A stretch of 64,000 nt of DNA from positions 1 to 64,000 of IMG/VR virus record IMGVR_UViG_3300017746_000002; one strand, 5' to 3'. Shown here in pieces: positions 18,727 to 25,200 of this stretch. The number at the start of each line of letters is the position of its first letter. The stretch's first letter is position 1. The notes beneath the pieces were generated by a model. The model did no database searches. It was not told the DNA's origin and worked only from the letters and a program-made list of their open reading frames with translations. This stretch comes from a virus. A program made the position numbers and the translations under genes.

Positions 18727-18813
18727 CTATTTTGTATCCTCACATTGTTTGTTATGTGAACCATCACAACTACCGTCTTTTGCTTTTGTTTTACCGCATA
18801 CACATTTTCCCAT
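18727..18813 (-). CDS. 28-aa CDGSH iron-sulfur-motif peptide (not in ORF track)
   Basis: MGKCVCGKTKAKDGSCDGSHNKQCEDTK*. Starts 6 nt after the holin stop. Confidence 0.7.
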   Translation of the reverse strand: MGKCVCGKTKAKDGSCDGSHNKQCEDTK

Positions 18814-18819
18814 AATATT

Positions 18820-19212
18820 TTATTTTTTTACTTTCTCTAGTGACCTTCCTCCAAAATAAGCTCCAATCACTGTTATTAATACTAATTGTAATAAACTTTT
18901 CCATTCATCATCTACTACAAATTTAATTGTTCCTGCATCTATAAAGATCATAAGCACTGTACATATCACTAAGAATGCCAACACTAACGGTCTTATGTTT
19001 TTAGATAACCATGAGTCAGACTTCATATCTGATTGCCATCTGGAAGTAATTTCTTTTTCCATTTGGGTCTCATAGCTAGCAATAAGTTCTTTAACTTTTA
19101 ACTCAGCTGCTAACTTTTCTTCATCAGAAGTATGTAGACTGTCAATAACACCCCCTACACCTTTAACAAGTTCAGTAGCACCTGAAGAAAATATCTTACC
19201 TAATATACTCAT
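18820..19212 (-). CDS. Holin, GTA 3TM-holin-like family
   Basis: RWQSDMKSDSWLSKNIRP, two C-terminal TM helices, and YFGGRSLEK. Confidence 0.85.
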   Translation of the reverse strand: MSILGKIFSSGATELVKGVGGVIDSLHTSDEEKLAAELKVKELIASYETQMEKEITSRWQSDMKSDSWLSKNIRPLVLAFLVICTVLMIFIDAGTIKFVVDDEWKSLLQLVLITVIGAYFGGRSLEKVKK

Positions 19213-19391
19213 TACTTATTTCTTTTACCACCACAACCTCCTGGTAATGATGTAGGAGTGATTCCTAAAGAACCACCTCTCTTATACATCTTCATTTTTG
19301 GTTTCATCATTCCACCTCCATGTCCATAAGATGCCATTTTTTTCTTTGAACCACCGTTTCCGTAGCTCATATTTGCTTTTTTCTTCATCAT
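19212..19391 (-). CDS. 59-aa basic Gly/Met-rich peptide with three YxxGG repeats (not in ORF track)
   Basis: MMKKKANMSYGNGGSKKKMASYGHGGGMMKPKMKMYKRGGSLGITPTSLPGGCGGKRNK*. TAATG coupling to the holin. Confidence 0.7.
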   Translation of the reverse strand: MMKKKANMSYGNGGSKKKMASYGHGGGMMKPKMKMYKRGGSLGITPTSLPGGCGGKRNK

Positions 19392-19397
19392 AATACT

Positions 19398-19490
19398 TTA
19401 TTTTTTAGTGCAGCATTTTTTTGAGCACCATCCTAAACAAATAGTACCAAAAGAAATCTTGCATAATAGTTTACATATAAATTCTTTCAT
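19398..19490 (-). CDS. 30-aa six-cysteine peptide (not in ORF track)
   Basis: MKEFICKLLCKISFGTICLGWCSKKCCTKK*. Fills the gap with short spacers. Confidence 0.65.
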   Translation of the reverse strand: MKEFICKLLCKISFGTICLGWCSKKCCTKK

Positions 19491-19500
19491 AGTTTTAATT

Positions 19501-19941
19501 TTAAGCTGTTGCAAATGTTATATCAATTGCTGTTACACCAGAAATAACCGGAGCTTCACCTAAGTAACCTACAGCACATGGATTGTGAACCCATACCATT
19601 GTTTCTCCAGCTGCACTACCACCAATCATATTTGTAATTGTTCTCCAACAACCAGGAGCATAGCTATCAGCAATAGTTAATGTAACTGTATCAACACCAG
19701 TAAATAGACCACCTTTACAAGAATCAAAAAAGAATTTTATTTCTCCTGTTAAATGTTCTATACCTCTAAGTCTACTAAGAGGATGTATTAAAGTTTTACC
19801 AACTGCACGTGCATCTTCACAAGTACTAAAACCAAGTAATAAACCACCTCCTAATCCTCTAGTTGATGCAGGAAGTACTGCTGCGCCTCTTTTAGGAGCT
19901 GCTTTTTCTTCACCTTTCTTTTTTGGAACTTTCTCTGCCAT
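19501..19941 (-). CDS. Hypothetical protein, possibly structural
   Basis: 146-aa ORF, first gene after a candidate phage promoter. Confidence 0.7.
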   Translation of the reverse strand: MAEKVPKKKGEEKAAPKRGAAVLPASTRGLGGGLLLGFSTCEDARAVGKTLIHPLSRLRGIEHLTGEIKFFFDSCKGGLFTGVDTVTLTIADSYAPGCWRTITNMIGGSAAGETMVWVHNPCAVGYLGEAPVISGVTAIDITFATA

Positions 19942-19970
19942 TTTATTTTATTTTAATTTTTTTAATCACT

Positions 19971-19988
19971 TTATATATTATAATATAC
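19971..19988 (-). promoter_or_regulatory. Candidate phage late promoter GTATATTATAATATATAA
   Basis: Near-identical to the motif at 33730-33748. Both are intergenic and 47-57 nt upstream of minus-strand starts. Confidence 0.45.
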
Positions 19989-20011
19989 AAAATATCTGAG
20001 ATATATGCTAG

Positions 20012-20242
20012 TTATTTTTTACTTTTTACTTTCTCAAAAGCGCTAATACCAAAACATCCTAGTGTTACAAGAACAAATGAATTATATATAGTATCATTAA
20101 TTAATAAATAAGCATCATCTCCAGAATATACAAAACTTGTAGTAAGATCTGCAACAGCAAATAATACCATAATAGCAAAGGATATAAAACCAACTATATT
20201 CTTTTCATTAATGTTATTCTTATCTTTAAATATTTTCCACAT
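20012..20242 (-). CDS. Two-TM holin-like membrane protein
   Basis: NEKNIVGFISF-TM1, TM2, and a basic tail EKVKSKK. Confidence 0.6.
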   Translation of the reverse strand: MWKIFKDKNNINEKNIVGFISFAIMVLFAVADLTTSFVYSGDDAYLLINDTIYNSFVLVTLGCFGISAFEKVKSKK

Positions 20243-20469
20243 TACTTTTTCTTTTTAGGTTTTGTGTGCCCCCACCCTTTTTTCTTTAATTCTAAATGCT
20301 TCTTCATAGTATTAGCCTTTACACCTTTACCGGCTTTACTGTACATCATATGTGGTTTAAATTTTTTTGCCATAATATTTTCTGTTTTGTAGGGACAATT
20401 CTTGCAACCGTTATTACAACAATATCCTCTTTCTAATAATATTTCTTTACTTAACGGTTCATAATTCAT
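20242..20469 (-). CDS. Cys-cluster (DUF5522-like RGYCCxxGCxxCPY) peptide in frame with a Lys-rich protein
   Basis: RGYCCNNGCKNCPY followed by an internal MAKKFKPHMMY (ATG 20373). Confidence 0.7.
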   Translation of the reverse strand: MNYEPLSKEILLERGYCCNNGCKNCPYKTENIMAKKFKPHMMYSKAGKGVKANTMKKHLELKKKGWGHTKPKKKK

Positions 20470-20470
20470 T

Positions 20471-20743
20471 TTAACATTTCCATCTTCTCATAGCAAGCGC
20501 CTTACGTGTTGGCTTTCCATTTGGTTTTTTCATTGGTCCTTTCATACCTTTAAACCTAGCACAAAAAGATTTCTTTCTTGGACCTCCACCTGGCTGAGGC
20601 GCTTTAAGTTTAGATCCAGTTTTCTTATTGATCATTCTACGGCCCTTAGCAGTTAACCCACCTTTTTTACTTTTACAACCGTTTTTAATACCACAACCTT
20701 TAGTGGCACCTTTCTTCTTAACTGTTTTCTTTTTAGTAGCCAT
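20471..20743 (-). CDS. Highly basic small phage protein (SFCAR...RRWKC family)
   Basis: KGGLTAKGR, LKAPQ, RKKSFCAR, ALAMRRWKC. No acidic residues. Confidence 0.8.
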   Translation of the reverse strand: MATKKKTVKKKGATKGCGIKNGCKSKKGGLTAKGRRMINKKTGSKLKAPQPGGGPRKKSFCARFKGMKGPMKKPNGKPTRKALAMRRWKC

Positions 20744-21000
20744 TATTTTTTTCTTTTCTTTATTGAGCTAGTACGTTTACCCATACCTACACGTTTCTTT
20801 TCTGCAACAGCTTTAGATTTTTGACTCTTAGACATTGACCCCCATGTTCTAGGTGTTTTCTTTGACACACGCTTAGTAGGTCTACACTTTTTAGTCTTCT
20901 TGTTTTTAGAAGATCCACAAGCATTACCTTTTTCATCTTTCCATTTCTCTTTAAACCAACGTTTAAGAGCTGCACCCTTTGCTGTTTTTCTTACTGCCAT
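20743..21000 (-). CDS. Highly basic small phage protein (LKRWFKEKW family)
   Basis: LKRWFKEKWKD...CG...CRPTKRVSKKTP. Confidence 0.8.
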   Translation of the reverse strand: MAVRKTAKGAALKRWFKEKWKDEKGNACGSSKNKKTKKCRPTKRVSKKTPRTWGSMSKSQKSKAVAEKKRVGMGKRTSSIKKRKK

Positions 21001-21176
21001 TATTTATTTTTTCTACATTTAGCTATTGCACCACTAGCATATGCTGATGGGAATACTTTATATTGTCTTTTTACTTTATGGTAACAAGCATCTTTAGTTG
21101 ACCCTCCTTTTTTCTTTCTAGGTAATGCCTTCTTTCTTTTAGGTCCACACCCACATGACTTTCTTTTTTTTCTCAT
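21000..21176 (-). CDS. 58-aa basic protein (DACY...PSAYASG family; not in ORF track)
   Basis: MRKKRKSCGCGPKRKKALPRKKKGGSTKDACYHKVKRQYKVFPSAYASGAIAKCRKNK*. TAATG coupling to the next gene. Confidence 0.8.
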   Translation of the reverse strand: MRKKRKSCGCGPKRKKALPRKKKGGSTKDACYHKVKRQYKVFPSAYASGAIAKCRKNK

Positions 21177-21178
21177 AT

Positions 21179-22216
21179 CTAAAATATTATATAGTTAACT
21201 CCAAACTTAAAATCATACCACTTTCTGTCCCAATACTTATGATACTTACCTTCTACAAAGGCCCCAAGACTTTTTGTTATTTTATATCCAAAGATCATAC
21301 CTGCATTGTAATCTAACCATTGTCCACCATGAAACTTATGGTATGAATATATACCGCCATCATCATAGTGCCAAGGTATAACGTTACCCCAAGCATGCAT
21401 CCACACTTCTTTCTTATATTTATAATAGTCAAAACCAAATACTAATGAATGACTCCATTGTCTATCTAGCTTACTTCGTTCTGAGACAACATAATCTGCA
21501 AGTACTTGTGGTATAACTACAGCTTCCCACACTTCCGGGGTAGTTGCAACAATGTTCCCACTAGGATCCATATACTCACTGTTATGTACATCTACATTAT
21601 ATCCCTCCTGTATAGCAAGATACGTATAATGTATACCGCCATTTGCTAGCAACCATTCTGCTAAAGGATCAAACCCGTATGGTTCTGAGATTCTCTGTGC
21701 TGCCCCTATGTTAAAAGAGAGAGTTCCAGTCTTCGTATACCTCAACCTTTGTGATGACTCAAAGTATTCTATATCTGCAAACCCATCTTGTAAGTACTCG
21801 GTCTTTAACATCCATTTGTCTGCCACATATCTTACCATATGATGTTGATCAAAGAAGTTAGTCCCTGTTTGTCGTCTCATATCTACTTCAAACAAGTATT
21901 CAAATTTATTCTTTAATCTACCAATTGTAGCTGCATCGTTGAAGGATGTCTCTGTCCCATCTTTAAAATTAATCTTAGGTTCGTATTGGAATCTTTGTAT
22001 CTTTCTTACTCCAAACGTAACCGTATAGTCATATGGTGTCTCTACTATATCTTCTTCTAAAACTCCTGAGTTTATTGAAAATATACTTTGATCAGAAATA
22101 GAATTACCACCATTAACGGATGTATAAAACGTTGAGTATTTAAAGAAGTCTTCAAATATCTGAGCATTAACATTGATCGTTATTAATATAAAAAGTATAC
22201 TTAAAAGTTTTTTCAT
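21179..22216 (-). CDS. Putative outer-membrane beta-barrel protein
   Basis: Sec signal peptide (VNA|Q), aromatic amphipathic strands, and BAM-type C-terminus FKFGVNYIIF. Confidence 0.75.
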   Translation of the reverse strand: MKKLLSILFILITINVNAQIFEDFFKYSTFYTSVNGGNSISDQSIFSINSGVLEEDIVETPYDYTVTFGVRKIQRFQYEPKINFKDGTETSFNDAATIGRLKNKFEYLFEVDMRRQTGTNFFDQHHMVRYVADKWMLKTEYLQDGFADIEYFESSQRLRYTKTGTLSFNIGAAQRISEPYGFDPLAEWLLANGGIHYTYLAIQEGYNVDVHNSEYMDPSGNIVATTPEVWEAVVIPQVLADYVVSERSKLDRQWSHSLVFGFDYYKYKKEVWMHAWGNVIPWHYDDGGIYSYHKFHGGQWLDYNAGMIFGYKITKSLGAFVEGKYHKYWDRKWYDFKFGVNYIIF

Positions 22217-25200
22217 TATAGTGTTCTTATTGTTTGATTAATTGTTCTATACTGTGCTTGTCTTTGCGGATCATTTAACTTTGTTCCCCAAGCTATAAAA
22301 TCAAATATCCATCCTTGCATACCCTGACTAGGAACTCCACCTAAATAATCAATAACAAATGCATCTGTGTCAGTAAAACTACCTGTTAATGCTTGATCAG
22401 TAAAGGCCCCTCCATCTATATATGCAGATAAAACACCCGCAGCATCTCTTTGTAGAGTAAATATATAAGGTTGAGCATCTGTCATAGCACTAGGTACTGT
22501 AAAGTCAGCAGATCCTGCACCACCAATTTTATATCTTACTGCAGTAGTATTATTAACCCTCATCATGTTATCTGTAGTGTTACCATATACAGCTTCATTT
22601 GAAAATGCTTCTAATCTTATCTTAACCATAATAGTAAATGCACCTAGAGTACCATCAGCAGCAGGAAATTGAATACCACCATCTGCTCTAGTATGGAATA
22701 TTTGAAGTTGTTTAGAACCATTTGAATATAATCCACCTGGAACAATAATAGCAGAAGCTTCTGTTGTTTGTTGATACAGCATCTTATCTGCTTGAGTATT
22801 AACTGAATCAGGCATACAGAATCTACCTGTACTACCGTGACATTCCCATATTCTTATTTTGTCTTTAAGATGTGGTGTATTACCAACCATATATGTTGCT
22901 CTACTAATTTTATTATTACTATAATCTAAATCAAATAATTGTTTAGTATTAGCTCTAAACCAACACTGTAACTCAGCAATGTCTGTAGGTAGTACAGCAT
23001 TATCTACATCAGTAGTATTTTCAAGAGTCACACCACCATATTTAGTTATAGTGTATGAATGTTGTGTCTCGTGTGTAATAGGATCAGAATCAAAGTTTGT
23101 ATAAAACGTTAATCTATTCTTATCTTCATAAGGTTTTATTCCTAATATATTTGAAAAACCGGTATCAGTATCTGCATTAGGAGCCCACATTCCTCCATTA
23201 TTATATACATCTTGTATTTCTGCTAGACTTAAAGACTTATTCCATGTCATAAACTGAGAGAAGTCACCTTTAAATGTATAATCAGGTCTAGAACTATCTC
23301 CTATTACAAGAGGATAGGTACTATTTCTTCTAACTTTTCCAGTAATTCCACTAGCTAGTGCACCTCCATTTACTCCTGTTATATCAACTCCATTAACATA
23401 TATTTTTCTTTTAAGTCCTCTAATGCCTTCCATAGTAACAGCTACATGTTTCCATTTACCTATTAAATTTGCACAGCTAGATTCACCTAACCAAGGTGTA
23501 TTAGATATAGTTCTTGAATAGTTTCCATTATAACTTACAGGTGCATCTCCAAATACATCCCAATATAAATTACCAACTTGACCAGCATCATCAGTTAAGT
23601 ATAGTCTAAATGCTACTTCTTCATTTGAGCCAGGAAGATTAATACCTTTTTCAAAGAAACAAACATCATCATCTACACAGTCATCCATTCTAACCCAGAA
23701 TGCTGCAGTAAACCCTTGATTACTTGGTAGTATGCTTTCATTACCACCAGCTTCTACAACTTCTACTCTAGTTTGATCTACACCATCAAATTTAAAAACA
23801 TTACCTACTTGAGTACTACCACCACCACACGGAAGAGGTAGTTGTTGAGGGATTAGAGTGTTACCCCAATATGCATCTATAGCTAAATATTCTGTTTTAA
23901 TTTGATCTTTATCAAAACAACAGTTGTATGCTCTTATTTCTTGATACCATCCAGACTGTGTTAAAAGTTTACTTCTATTTCTAGTATTAATATTTTGTAA
24001 TATCATATCCATATTAACATCTGCCATTATATCTTTAAATAAAACCAAAGGTCCTATACCCCACATTACCATAAATGTATTGTTGGTAGTACCTGTTGGT
24101 TTTGTTTCACATGCTTTTACCCAATGTGTATAACATCCTTCTGGTAAATATAAGTCTCCACCTGCAGGGTTATTTTCATTAATATATGAAGCATCATACT
24201 GATTACTTGGAACAGATTCATCTGCATGGTTATGTCCAAACATAACACTTCTACAATAAGGTTGACCATGAGGTTTTAAACCAGATGCTTTTTCTTTTGA
24301 ACCAGGAGTAGTTTGTGTCCAATCATCACCCATAAAGAAAGACTTAGCATTAACCCATCCTTTTTGAGTTGTGCAACGTCTAAAGAATATTGTCCATCCT
24401 TTATCATATGCTGCATTAGGATTAGTATCTGGTTCTAACGGTAAAACAGCTGGCCCAGTTGGATTAGCAATTAAAAACTTTTGATTGTTTCCAATTTCAT
24501 CAAACATTATTGCTTTATGAGGAGCAAATGTAGTTTCATCTAATATTGGCGCAGTTGTAAAATCAGGAGTTATTGTATCATATGTATAGAATGCAGTAGG
24601 ATCATGAGGATATACACCAACATTAATATCATATGCTAAATTATGCCATTCTCTTATATAATATGTAGTTCCTCCTAAACTTGGAGGAATTGCAGGATAT
24701 GAAGGAGTTGTTTGAATAGTATCTATTCTATCTGCATGCAACCATAATGTAAGACATTCTCCTCTAGCTGGTGGTAGTATACGTGGACAACCTTCTTCAC
24801 ACACACAACACTCAGTTTCTATAGAACATTTTGGAGTTACAGTAGAAGTACCACACAGACACTGACCAGTTCCAAGTGAAATATGTGTACCTGATCCATA
24901 GTGACTTTGTATTTTATTAACCGTATTAGTTCCACCAGAACATACAAATATATCACAATAAGTACTTGTAAGAGTTACACCTGGACAACCGTCTGCAACT
25001 AAATCTGCAAGAAGAGCATCCCAATTTGTATAATATGGTCCGTTTGGTAAAACAAAATTCACAAGAACTATCAAGGGAGGACGAACATAGTAACAACCAT
25101 TAGGAGCTGTATCAGGTGTTTGTCCAGAACATGAACTTCCTGCACCACTATTACATATAGTATTAGGTACTGCAGGAACTATAGTATACTCAGCAGGAGT

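Noticed and set aside
18686-18730. Programmed frameshift or readthrough extending the CDGSH peptide
   Set aside because: Readthrough meets TGA two codons later. The other frames give only short tails and there is no convincing slippery site.
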